From a virus (lineage: Duplodnaviria > Caudoviricetes): a DNA stretch of 64,000 nucleotides. The translations under genes and the position numbers were made by a program. The notes under the pieces were generated by a model. That model saw only the letters and a program-made list of their open reading frames with translations, did not search any database and was not told the origin of the DNA. This document shows, piece by piece, positions 55,131 to 63,529 of this stretch (position 1 is the stretch's first letter; every line of letters starts with the position of its first letter). The DNA lies in IMG/VR virus record IMGVR_UViG_3300044477_000030, positions 1-64,000 of that record; one strand, given 5' to 3'.

Positions 55131-55236
55131 GATCACTCCGAATAAAAAGTCCCGGCTCTGTGAGGCTGTGCCGGATCAGCCATGCCTGTGAGTGTCCAAA
55201 AAGACGAACTATTGTCGTCTCGTTGCACCCTCGCCG

Positions 55237-55542
55237 TCAATGATCGCAGGCTCGATCACCTTGTCGTCCGTTGTCCATGGCCGAACGATGGGCTTTCTTA
55301 TATAACAAATAAACAAGCAAGACGATGTTGAAGACATAATTCAAATGCAACGGCCATTGAATGATCCCAATGGATATATTCTGCCAGATGACATAGATCC
55401 AAGTCAATACTTCACCGATAAACCAAACCAGAAGGAAATACACAGACAATGCCTTGGTGTCCTGTGTCTTCCACACTTTGATAACTTGTGGTAGAGCACA
55501 GAAAGCAAGGCACAGGGCGCCTATTGTTCCAATGACAAGCAT
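55237..55542 (-). CDS. PQ-loop/SemiSWEET family transporter
   Basis: IGTIGALCLAFCALPQVIKVWKTQDTKALS, three TM helices, LNY motif. Confidence 0.85.
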   Translation of the reverse strand: MLVIGTIGALCLAFCALPQVIKVWKTQDTKALSVYFLLVWFIGEVLTWIYVIWQNISIGIIQWPLHLNYVFNIVLLVYLLYKKAHRSAMDNGRQGDRACDH

Positions 55543-55739
55543 GATTGCCCGAAGAGTTCGAGTTGGTCTTTCTTCACAGGTTCTTCTTGGTTGATCTTCA
55601 CCACACCATCCCAATCCGCAGGCACATTGGGAGAGTCTTCGAAGTTCCCACAAGTGCAAGCACGAGCAAAGTTGGCGTTGGTTCCAAATCCAGCGTGGTG
55701 CTCGACTTGGAACATTTCCTTTCCACAATCACATTGCAC
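55521..55739 (-). CDS. Small Cys-containing hypothetical protein
   Basis: GTG start; CDC...CTC. Confidence 0.45.
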   Translation of the reverse strand: MQCDCGKEMFQVEHHAGFGTNANFARACTCGNFEDSPNVPADWDGVVKINQEEPVKKDQLELFGQSCLSLEQ

Positions 55740-56151
55740 GGTTGGCCTCCAATACTTTGAGTTTGCTCCAAGCGCGGATTGCCTCTGCACGGGTTGCCTT
55801 GTGTGGGCCTTGAGCCTGGCATTCGCAGCAGACAACAAACCATTCATTCTTAATATTCACCACATTGGGATCGCTAACAAGATCGAATGGGCAGGCAGGG
55901 ATGATCTTCTTGGATGACTTCCTTTCAGATGTGGACAATTTTACCACATCCTCATCTCCTCTGTAATATCCCAATCCTTCTTGACAGATACCCCCACAAC
56001 CATGAAATATCGAGCGCACTGTTCTTTCATCCATCTCAAGGCACAAAACTCCAGCGGAAGTTCGTCCCTTTACCGTTCCAATCCTTCCGACCATTTTCGA
56101 ATGAAAATCATCGGACATAACCCTAACTCGATCACCCTTATTGAATTTCAT
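55729..56151 (-). CDS. Lar-like (restriction alleviation) zinc-ribbon protein with N-terminal SH3/KOW-like domain
   Basis: C-terminal PACPF...WFVVCCECQAQGP..ATRAEAIRAW; N-terminal KFNKGDRVRV. Confidence 0.65.
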   Translation of the reverse strand: MKFNKGDRVRVMSDDFHSKMVGRIGTVKGRTSAGVLCLEMDERTVRSIFHGCGGICQEGLGYYRGDEDVVKLSTSERKSSKKIIPACPFDLVSDPNVVNIKNEWFVVCCECQAQGPHKATRAEAIRAWSKLKVLEANRAM

Positions 56152-56411
56152 AGCTTGGCCTCCAGACCCTCGGGGGAGCACCACCACAGATTGCGTTCTT
56201 CTGGCCCGGTCAATCCACCAGCGGAGTGCATATATCCATTCCGCGATGGGATTTTGACAAGCACGAGGACATTGCAGCAATCAGGAAAGTCGTCGAACTT
56301 TTCGGTGCAGACAACTTCGCCTTCGATTGTGTCTTCTCCGAAGTTAGGGATTCCGTTGATGGACACATTGACCATCACTTGCATTTTTTCGCGAACATCA
56401 CAAATACGCAT
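56148..56411 (-). CDS. Hypothetical protein
   Basis: ATGA overlap. Confidence 0.55.
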   Translation of the reverse strand: MRICDVREKMQVMVNVSINGIPNFGEDTIEGEVVCTEKFDDFPDCCNVLVLVKIPSRNGYMHSAGGLTGPEERNLWWCSPEGLEAKL

Positions 56412-56490
56412 GGTTAGCCAACCCGGTTGAATGTGTACTTTGCCGAGGCAGCAATAGATGCCACCAACCCGATAACTAAAAGAACTTCGA

Positions 56491-56832
56491 TCATTTTGAT
56501 TCCTTGGTTGATGAATTAATTTCTGAATATGCTCCGATTTCCTTCAGCACATCTTCAAGCATCCAGATCGCGAACAAGGCTGTTTGCCCGATGCGTCCAC
56601 GGTAGGTATTCGATGTCCGAACGGATTCAATCTTCTTGCGGATGGCCTGGATTGCCAGATCATATTTAACCCTCGTCCTATGCGCTTCGCCTTGCAATTC
56701 GTTGCATCGGATTTGAAGTTCATTGCAATCATGGAGAAAATTAGCAAGAACACTAGCTTTCCCTGCTTGCCTCGCAGACTTATAGAACCCCTCAAGCTCG
56801 GTCGGGACATATTTTTCCTTTGGTTGATTCAT
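56491..56832 (-). CDS. Hypothetical coiled-coil protein
   Basis: GGA RBS; ATG 1 nt after upstream stop. Confidence 0.6.
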   Translation of the reverse strand: MNQPKEKYVPTELEGFYKSARQAGKASVLANFLHDCNELQIRCNELQGEAHRTRVKYDLAIQAIRKKIESVRTSNTYRGRIGQTALFAIWMLEDVLKEIGAYSEINSSTKESK

Positions 56833-56833
56833 A

Positions 56834-57025
56834 TCATCCATCCTGGTTGAGCAAAAGCGTTGGAGGCATACCGAATTCGGACATGGCGATGATCTTACTG
56901 AACATCGCATCCCGCTGCCGACATTTATCTTCAGCTTCGTGCATGGTCGGAATAGAGTGCTGATGAATTTCCAGTGTTCTAAGTTCACGCTCCCAATCGA
57001 AATATGTAATCAGAAAATGTCTCAT
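56834..57025 (-). CDS. Small hypothetical protein (probably leaderless)
   Basis: TATTAT followed 6 nt later by ATG. Confidence 0.6.
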   Translation of the reverse strand: MRHFLITYFDWERELRTLEIHQHSIPTMHEAEDKCRQRDAMFSKIIAMSEFGMPPTLLLNQDG

Positions 57026-57049
57026 GCCTACATAATACAATTCCAGCCC

Positions 57050-57813
57050 ATAAAAAAGCTAAAGGCTATACCCCAAGATGGAATACAGCCTCTATCAACA
57101 CAAATGTCTAAATAATCGCAATATCTATCAACACAAATGTCTAATCAATTAACATATTATCACCAAATTCTATCTCTTTAACAATCAGAATCAGTAAGTC
57201 TTGAAAACCAAGACATCTATACCCTGGCTTAACAGCCTTAATACATTCCGAGATCGGCAGGCTTCGCCTGGCTCTCGGTCGGGACTCCGACAGGCTTCGC
57301 CTGCTCTCTGTCCCGATTGTAGGTTTTCTTGGTTTCTTTTGTCTGGGAGCCTGGTGCCTGTATTGGCTTTAGCCCTTCTGGGATAGGGGAGTGCTGGAGG
57401 TCTGGACTCCAGAGGATAGAGCTTACCTTACCTATCTGAAAAACAACAAGGTAAAACTTGCCTGTTTCCAGCTAGGTAAAGGTTGCACTTCTGTACAAAG
57501 GGTCGGCTTTTCGGCCTATCGTCCTTCGGACTTCGCTCGATCCAAGTCTGCCCACGGGTCAGCCGGTATGGGAATTTTCGCCTGGTATCGCCTTTGGGGG
57601 CCAAAGCCCCCCTGACGGTCGCTCCTACTGGAGCTATCCTATTCGACCATGCTCTGCCTCGAAAGCAGTCTCCGCCAGTCTTTAGCCAGGCAAGTGCGCG
57701 AAGGCACCCATCGTCCCGACCACCCAAGGCGTCCTAGTCTTGCTGCTGGCAAGTTGCACCCCCATAAGAGATGCCGACCTTGGGCTCCTGTTCCTATATG
57801 GAACCGGCTTTGT
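57050..57813 (-). ncRNA. Candidate large structured non-coding RNA (or structured origin region)
   Basis: Promoter motif 57820-57829, more than 15 stem-loops with G-U pairs favouring the - strand, no credible ORF, terminator-like hairpin 57063-57091. Confidence 0.5.
57091..57144. repeat. 21-bp direct repeat x2 (period 33 bp)
   Basis: TCTATCAACACAAATGTCTAA at 57091-57111 and 57124-57144. Confidence 0.95.
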
Positions 57814-57829
57814 ATTACTATAATACAAA
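57809..57829. promoter_or_regulatory. Palindrome built from two promoter-motif halves
   Basis: TTTGTATTA-CTA-TAATACAAA. Confidence 0.7.
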
Positions 57830-57992
57830 TTTCTTAGACCTTTTTGTGAGATTTGTATAAAAAAGTTGAAATTTCTATACTTGTCTCGGGTGTCCATACA
57901 GTGTAAATAAAAATTTCATTCCAATTTGGAGTGGTTTTTTTTCATTTCGGTATAAAAAAGTTGTATTATATGGGAAAAAGGACGGTATCCAA

Positions 57993-58772
57993 ATGAAGAA
58001 AGCACTATTTCTAAGAACTTGCGACAAAGACGGAAAAGCACACGGTGGTTTTCAATGGCCTTTAAAGGCCGGTGAAACTGTAACCGCTCCAGATTGGGAA
58101 CCGACAAAAGAATGCGGTAAGGGCTTACATGGTTTACTCAATGGCCAAGGCTTTTCGGGACATTTGAGTTCCAAATTGGATGCATTGTGGTTTGTTGTTG
58201 AATCAGATTTGGACAAAGCCATTGACTTGAACGGAAAGCACAAATTTCAGACTTGTAAAGTGGAATTTGTTGGCTCAAAAGAAAAGGCCGTTCAATACAT
58301 GGTTGACCATGGATGCAGCGGGGTTCACTTTTCCACCTTGACCGGCGGTTATGGTTCCACCTTGACCGGCGGTTATGGTTCCACCTTGACCGGCGGTGAT
58401 TGGTGCACCTTGACTGGTGGCAATCGTTCCACCTTGACCGGCGGTGATTGGTGCACCTTGACTGGTGGCAATCGTTCCACCTTGACCGGCGGTGATTGGT
58501 GCACCTTGACCGGAGGTGATCATTCCACCTTGGCCGGAGGCGATCATTCCACCTTGACCGGCGGTGATTGGTGCACCTTGACCGGAGGTGATCATTCCAC
58601 CTTGACTGGTGGCAATCGTTCCACCTTGACCGGCGGTGATGGTTCCACCTTGAGTATTTCATATTGGGATGGAAACAGAAATCGTATTATGATTGGTTAC
58701 ATTGGTGAAAACGGTTTGGAACCAAATGTTGCCTATAAACTCAACGAAAAGCATGAATTTATTAAGGCTTAA
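57993..58772 (+). CDS. Octapeptide-repeat beta-solenoid protein (ice-nucleation-like repeats)
   Basis: N-terminal domain LRTC...HGGFQWP...APDW...ECGKGLHG; 13 x (S/C)TL(T/A)GGxx at 58332-58643. Confidence 0.9.
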   Translation: MKKALFLRTCDKDGKAHGGFQWPLKAGETVTAPDWEPTKECGKGLHGLLNGQGFSGHLSSKLDALWFVVESDLDKAIDLNGKHKFQTCKVEFVGSKEKAVQYMVDHGCSGVHFSTLTGGYGSTLTGGYGSTLTGGDWCTLTGGNRSTLTGGDWCTLTGGNRSTLTGGDWCTLTGGDHSTLAGGDHSTLTGGDWCTLTGGDHSTLTGGNRSTLTGGDGSTLSISYWDGNRNRIMIGYIGENGLEPNVAYKLNEKHEFIKA

Positions 58773-58788
58773 TAGAAGGAGTCGCATC

Positions 58789-59100
58789 ATGGAGAAGAAG
58801 TCAAAAGAACACATTTTGGTCGAGATCAACGTGAGCCAAGACGGTTCCACGGATATCTGTGCATTCTATCACGACAAGCATGGCACCGCCGTGAAAGCCA
58901 ATCTCGAAAACAACGTCTATTTCGTGCCTTTGAAGTTTCACGGCAAGCATCCTTGTGTGTTTCGGAGGCTCCATGATAAACTTTGGGTGGCATTGGATAG
59001 CGAAGAACTTTTCACTCCCATTAGAATCATTGCCAAATCCAAGCGCGAAGCGATCCGTCTCTGGAACGAAGTCGTCATGGGTCTTCAGGACGGAGTATGA
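58789..59100 (+). CDS. Hypothetical protein
   Basis: AAGGAG RBS. Confidence 0.65.
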   Translation: MEKKSKEHILVEINVSQDGSTDICAFYHDKHGTAVKANLENNVYFVPLKFHGKHPCVFRRLHDKLWVALDSEELFTPIRIIAKSKREAIRLWNEVVMGLQDGV

Positions 59101-59330
59101 CAAGACGGGAGCGCAGGCGGCTCGAAACGATGTCGCAATCGGAACTGTGGAACTTCTTGACGAAGATGATAGCTTTGCGCAAGAAGCTGTCCGTTCCGCC
59201 CACAGGAGCGATGTGCGCCGTCGAAGAGTTCTGCCACCCATCATCCCCAAGGGCCACCCTCCGAAGACTGCTGATCGAATATAAGAAGGAACTGGACGAC
59301 CTGGAGAAGAAAGCCCATGACGGACTATAA
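59097..59330 (+). CDS. Hypothetical protein
   Basis: GGAG RBS; ATGA overlap. Confidence 0.6.
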   Translation: MTRRERRRLETMSQSELWNFLTKMIALRKKLSVPPTGAMCAVEEFCHPSSPRATLRRLLIEYKKELDDLEKKAHDGL

Positions 59331-59455
59331 GAAAATTGTCTATCTTGATGGACAGCCTTGCCACCTCGGTTGTGTTAAACTCTATCCTTGCATTCGTTGC
59401 GGAAGAAAAGCAGCTCGTGGTGTGGCAGTGATGTTTAGGCATAAGGAGTCTTTCC

Positions 59456-60523
59456 ATGTGGTTCCGTGATCTCGATGGTAATCTATGGAACTCTGAAGAC
59501 ATATTCAGGGTGAACAAGATTTGGGAAGGGCGATGCTTTGTTTTAATGAGATGCGATAAAGGATTGATATGGGGATGTAATGACAAGAACATAATAGAAA
59601 TTTCCAAGGAAACCTATGATGAAGTTGTCGATTTCCTGATGAAGATCGACCGCGATGTTAAAGCGGTCATGGAGAAAGTTGTCGAGATTCCGAAGCCCAT
59701 CGAACTCCCAGCGAACATTCCCCCGGAATGGTTCTGGGATCGAATTGCAGCAACGAACCTCTTCTCCCGCCCGAAGACAATGCCGTCGTTGAACAAGACA
59801 ACGGTGAAGACGATCAATTTCTTGAACGATGTTGTCTTCAAAGGTTTCGACTATTATCAAAAAGCGTTCGAGTGGACAGAACCTTACAAGTTCTGCGAGA
59901 TCAATCGAGTATGGCCTACTGATTGGGAATCTCTGGCCGACTTCATCAAATGGGTGGCTCCTATCATTCTCAAGGGTGAAGTCAACGGGCTCGTCATGCG
60001 TCCAAGAACCGGTGCCTCGCTCGGACGGTTCGACCTTGGCAGTTTCTTCCATGACGACCACCAGAAGGGAAAGCACTTTAGTCCGTTCTTCCGGTTGATG
60101 ACAAAGATGGTATGGTGGCAGACCACCACCGATTCCGAAATGATCATCTTGCAGAAGAACATCCCGGGAGAATGTCATCCTTGGGTTCTGAAATGGATAA
60201 ATATGTGGAAGTCCATAGGCCAATGCTCCGACGCGAACAGTGTGAAGTATCTGTGGAAGAAGGCCGACATTTCCTACCGCTGGTGGCTGGCGAACAAGGA
60301 TAGGCTCATTGAATACGCAGAGACCACCGATACACCAAAGAAATTGTTCAAGACCAACTGCAACACTGCGGAAGGATACTTCAGAATGCTTTGGACTCGT
60401 GGCGAATCTCTCTACCGCAAATGGGGCTTTGAACAATTCCCACATCCGAATACGAAAAGCGACAAGTGGCAGATGTTTGCCAGGATGTGCCGCGAACAAC
60501 ATGACATTGAACTGGATGGCTAA
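59456..60523 (+). CDS. Hypothetical protein (355 aa, Trp-rich)
   Basis: AAGGAG RBS; long ORF; no motif recognised. Confidence 0.75.
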   Translation: MWFRDLDGNLWNSEDIFRVNKIWEGRCFVLMRCDKGLIWGCNDKNIIEISKETYDEVVDFLMKIDRDVKAVMEKVVEIPKPIELPANIPPEWFWDRIAATNLFSRPKTMPSLNKTTVKTINFLNDVVFKGFDYYQKAFEWTEPYKFCEINRVWPTDWESLADFIKWVAPIILKGEVNGLVMRPRTGASLGRFDLGSFFHDDHQKGKHFSPFFRLMTKMVWWQTTTDSEMIILQKNIPGECHPWVLKWINMWKSIGQCSDANSVKYLWKKADISYRWWLANKDRLIEYAETTDTPKKLFKTNCNTAEGYFRMLWTRGESLYRKWGFEQFPHPNTKSDKWQMFARMCREQHDIELDG

Positions 60524-60525
60524 TT

Positions 60526-60864
60526 GTGATAAGTGTATGGATGATATTGGTTTGTGTTTTCATTCCCATTATGACACTTTACATATTAATTCCTTGCATA
60601 TACTGGCTGACCGGACATGGTGGAAAAGAAGCAAACGAATTCAGAATCATTGAAACAGTTGGCCATCCTATACATAATTCTTATTATGAGATAGAACAAA
60701 GATGGGATAATCCGTTTATGATTCATTGGGTGAAAGTTCGTGGAGTATTTTCTTGCAGGCAAAATGCAGAGATGGCCATGCGTGCCATGAAAAAGCATCC
60801 TGTGGTGAAGCATTACTATCAGGAAGATGGAAAAGAAACCCATACCGAAGTTGTCGATGAATAA
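60526..60864 (+). CDS. Membrane-anchored hypothetical protein
   Basis: N-terminal TM helix. Confidence 0.55.
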   Translation: MISVWMILVCVFIPIMTLYILIPCIYWLTGHGGKEANEFRIIETVGHPIHNSYYEIEQRWDNPFMIHWVKVRGVFSCRQNAEMAMRAMKKHPVVKHYYQEDGKETHTEVVDE

Positions 60865-61102
60865 CAAACTTTGTTCGAAGTCATTTAAGAAGAAATTGCA
60901 GAAGCATCTAGAGCATCTAAATTGGCTCATGATCCCGAACACAAAAGACGGACGGGCATTTCTTGAGGTTGAAATACTCGGAGTTATCTTGGATTTTTAT
61001 GCTTTCGATTTTGTCCATGTTAAAATGAGAGACGACGGCAGAATCGCGGATGTATCCACGAGGCGTGGAGAAATAAATTCCGAGGTAAAGATTGTTTTCT
61101 AG
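60857..61102 (+). CDS. Hypothetical protein
   Basis: ORF filling the gap before the helicase; start uncertain. Confidence 0.5.
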   Translation: MNNKLCSKSFKKKLQKHLEHLNWLMIPNTKDGRAFLEVEILGVILDFYAFDFVHVKMRDDGRIADVSTRRGEINSEVKIVF

Positions 61103-62786
61103 ACGAAAGATCCCGTCAAGATATGAAGCGAAGCTGGAAAACAACCAGCTTCTCCTTTCTTTTTTCGAACCAAACCCTGTGAAATGGCAGGAGCTTGTGG
61201 GGTTCATCAAAGCGTTCAATGGCGCCAGGTTTAACGGTGCTACGAAAAAATGGACGATACCAAACACCGAAGAAAACCGACAGATGGTGAAGATCCGGGG
61301 TTTTGCGCTGAAAGCTCCTGTTTCCGAATCGAAAACACTTTATCCAAAGAGAACGCCTTCGTGGATGTTCTACGAGTTTGAAGAACCTCCTCATAATTGG
61401 TTGAGACCATACCAAATAGAAGGAATGAGATTGTTATGTCAGAGAGGAGATAAGGGCGCTTTGATATTGGCAGAACCAGGATTAGGGAAAACACCTCTGG
61501 CGATAGCATATATTGATTATACAAAAACATCAAAAACCCTCATAGTGGCCACCGCGCTCACCAAGAAGCAATGGCAGGAACGCTTCGACCAGTTCACCCC
61601 AGGGAAGAAGATTCATATCATCTATGGTGAAACACCATACGAATTGCCCAACGCCGACATCTACATCATAAATTGGGACATACTAGGAGATTGGGTGGGA
61701 CATAAGCAGCCGTGTTTTTCTAAGGAAGAGCCAACGAAGGTTGTAGCCGAACGGTTCGTCGGAGATGGCCCGCTTTGCAACATCGGGCTCAAGTTGGTCA
61801 TCGCCGACGAAGCCCAGGCGATCGGCAACGAAACCTCGATCCGGTACAAGGCGTTGAGGGAGGTCTGCAAGGCTTCGGGGAGGAGACCCGTCCTTCTGAC
61901 CGGCACTCCGATGAACACCAGACCAGATCAGTTCTGGACACTACTGAATTTGGTAGCTCCAGACATTTTTCCAAACCACATGAAGTTCCGCAGCGAGTTT
62001 TGCGCTCCGAGTGTGGGTTCGTTCGGTGTCCGGTATGATGGGGCCGAGAATATGGACAAGCTCCATTATATGATCCAGCCCATCTCCGCCCGGCATCTGA
62101 AGAAGGATGTGATGAACGATCTGCCGGAAAAGACGGTATCCGTCCTGCCGGTAGAAATCGACTTGGATTCCTACCATAAGATCGAGGAGAAGGCGTTTGC
62201 CCGCGATGGACGTACCATGGAGCAAATCAAGCGCGATGTGGCGGAGCTTCAGCGTTCCTCATTCATGTTCAAGCGCAAAGCCTGTGTGGATACCATAGCC
62301 GATTTCCTCAACAACCATCCGAACGAGAAGGCGGTGGTTTTTGCTTGGCACAAGGATGTGGTGCAACTCCTTGCCACAGATCTCGATAAATATGCACCAG
62401 CGGTCGTGAACAGCACCGTGACCGGCAAAGACCGCGAGATTGAGATGAAGCGGTTCCGCGAAGATCCGCAGTGCCGCTTAATTATCGGCAACATCAAGGC
62501 GCTCGGTGTCGGGGTGGATGGGTTGCAGGGGGTGACATCCTATGGATTCTTCGTCGAGTTCGGATCCGCCCCAGGAGATCACGACCAGGCAGAATCGAGA
62601 CTGTGGAGATCTGGGCAATATTTACCGGTTTTCTGGACATACATCATCGCCCGAGGCACAATCGACGACGACAACATGGCAAAACTCGACCAACGCAGGA
62701 AGAACATATCCCTGGGGTTGGATGGGATGGCAAACGAAGAAGAATTCCTACTTTCTTTGCTCAAGAAACACCTAAAATTTGTATAA
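61092..62786 (+). CDS. SNF2/SMARCAL1-like helicase with N-terminal HARP-like region
   Basis: LRPYQIEG, LAEPGLGKT, VIADEA, LLTGTP, GVGVDGL, DQAESRLWRSGQ; GAGG RBS before TTG. Confidence 0.92.
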   Translation: MFSRRKIPSRYEAKLENNQLLLSFFEPNPVKWQELVGFIKAFNGARFNGATKKWTIPNTEENRQMVKIRGFALKAPVSESKTLYPKRTPSWMFYEFEEPPHNWLRPYQIEGMRLLCQRGDKGALILAEPGLGKTPLAIAYIDYTKTSKTLIVATALTKKQWQERFDQFTPGKKIHIIYGETPYELPNADIYIINWDILGDWVGHKQPCFSKEEPTKVVAERFVGDGPLCNIGLKLVIADEAQAIGNETSIRYKALREVCKASGRRPVLLTGTPMNTRPDQFWTLLNLVAPDIFPNHMKFRSEFCAPSVGSFGVRYDGAENMDKLHYMIQPISARHLKKDVMNDLPEKTVSVLPVEIDLDSYHKIEEKAFARDGRTMEQIKRDVAELQRSSFMFKRKACVDTIADFLNNHPNEKAVVFAWHKDVVQLLATDLDKYAPAVVNSTVTGKDREIEMKRFREDPQCRLIIGNIKALGVGVDGLQGVTSYGFFVEFGSAPGDHDQAESRLWRSGQYLPVFWTYIIARGTIDDDNMAKLDQRRKNISLGLDGMANEEEFLLSLLKKHLKFV

Positions 62787-62793
62787 TACTATT

Positions 62794-63528
62794 ATGAAAT
62801 ACCTGTTCACGAAAGATTTTCTGGCCAATTACAAGCCCCTCACGGTTGCAGAATTTGCAGAGTTCCTTCGTTTGGCGAAGGCCGGTGATGTGAGAGCAAG
62901 AAACCGACTAATTCTTCAAATGCGTCCATGGATCGTGAGCAAGGTTGGCACCAAGCCCCCGTATCTCCTTGGACGCGAAGATATGTACGATTCTGCGCTC
63001 GATGCAATTTATATTGCGATTGAGAGTTTCAACATGAAATGTGTTGATAGACTTCCAGGAATCTTTACTCGTTGGTGCAATTACAATTTCCTTGGCACCA
63101 CATGGCGGATCGTCTATGAACGGATGACGCATTCTACCGTGGATCTTGATGGGAAGTTACGCGACCAGGATAACGCAGACCATGGGAACAAAGACCACAA
63201 TTATTTCGTTGAGCAAATGTTCGCTTCCCGCGATATGGCCGATGTGAAGATGGAAGAAAATCTCTTCGAGTTCGTCATGAGCATCGTGGACAACATCCCA
63301 GAAAAGCAACGTATCGCTTTGTTATTACGCTACGGCCTCCGTGGAGAAGGTGGACGGGGGATCGAGGATGATGTTGGCCAACACAACGGGCAGTGGAATG
63401 ACCGCGCTGGATTCTGCTATGAAGCAATCGGCCTGATGATCGGGCGCAATGCGACAATCGCGCAACACGATGTCAAGAAAGCAATCTCTTTCCTTCGCAA
63501 ATATGCCCTCCCTTTGATCAAGGATTAA
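62794..63528 (+). CDS. Sigma70-family RNA polymerase sigma factor (probably leaderless)
   Basis: Region 1.2 (PLT...AKAGDVRARNRLI), region 2 (EDM..SA..A...AIESFN), region 4 (IALLLRYGL...EAIG...KAI..LR). Confidence 0.8.
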   Translation: MKYLFTKDFLANYKPLTVAEFAEFLRLAKAGDVRARNRLILQMRPWIVSKVGTKPPYLLGREDMYDSALDAIYIAIESFNMKCVDRLPGIFTRWCNYNFLGTTWRIVYERMTHSTVDLDGKLRDQDNADHGNKDHNYFVEQMFASRDMADVKMEENLFEFVMSIVDNIPEKQRIALLLRYGLRGEGGRGIEDDVGQHNGQWNDRAGFCYEAIGLMIGRNATIAQHDVKKAISFLRKYALPLIKD

Positions 63529-63529
63529 G

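Noticed and set aside
57700-57780. tmRNA or RNase P RNA
   Set aside because: GGGGGTG resembles a tmRNA 5' end, but there is no matching T-arm/CCA 3' end and no RNase P GAGGAAAGTCC signature.
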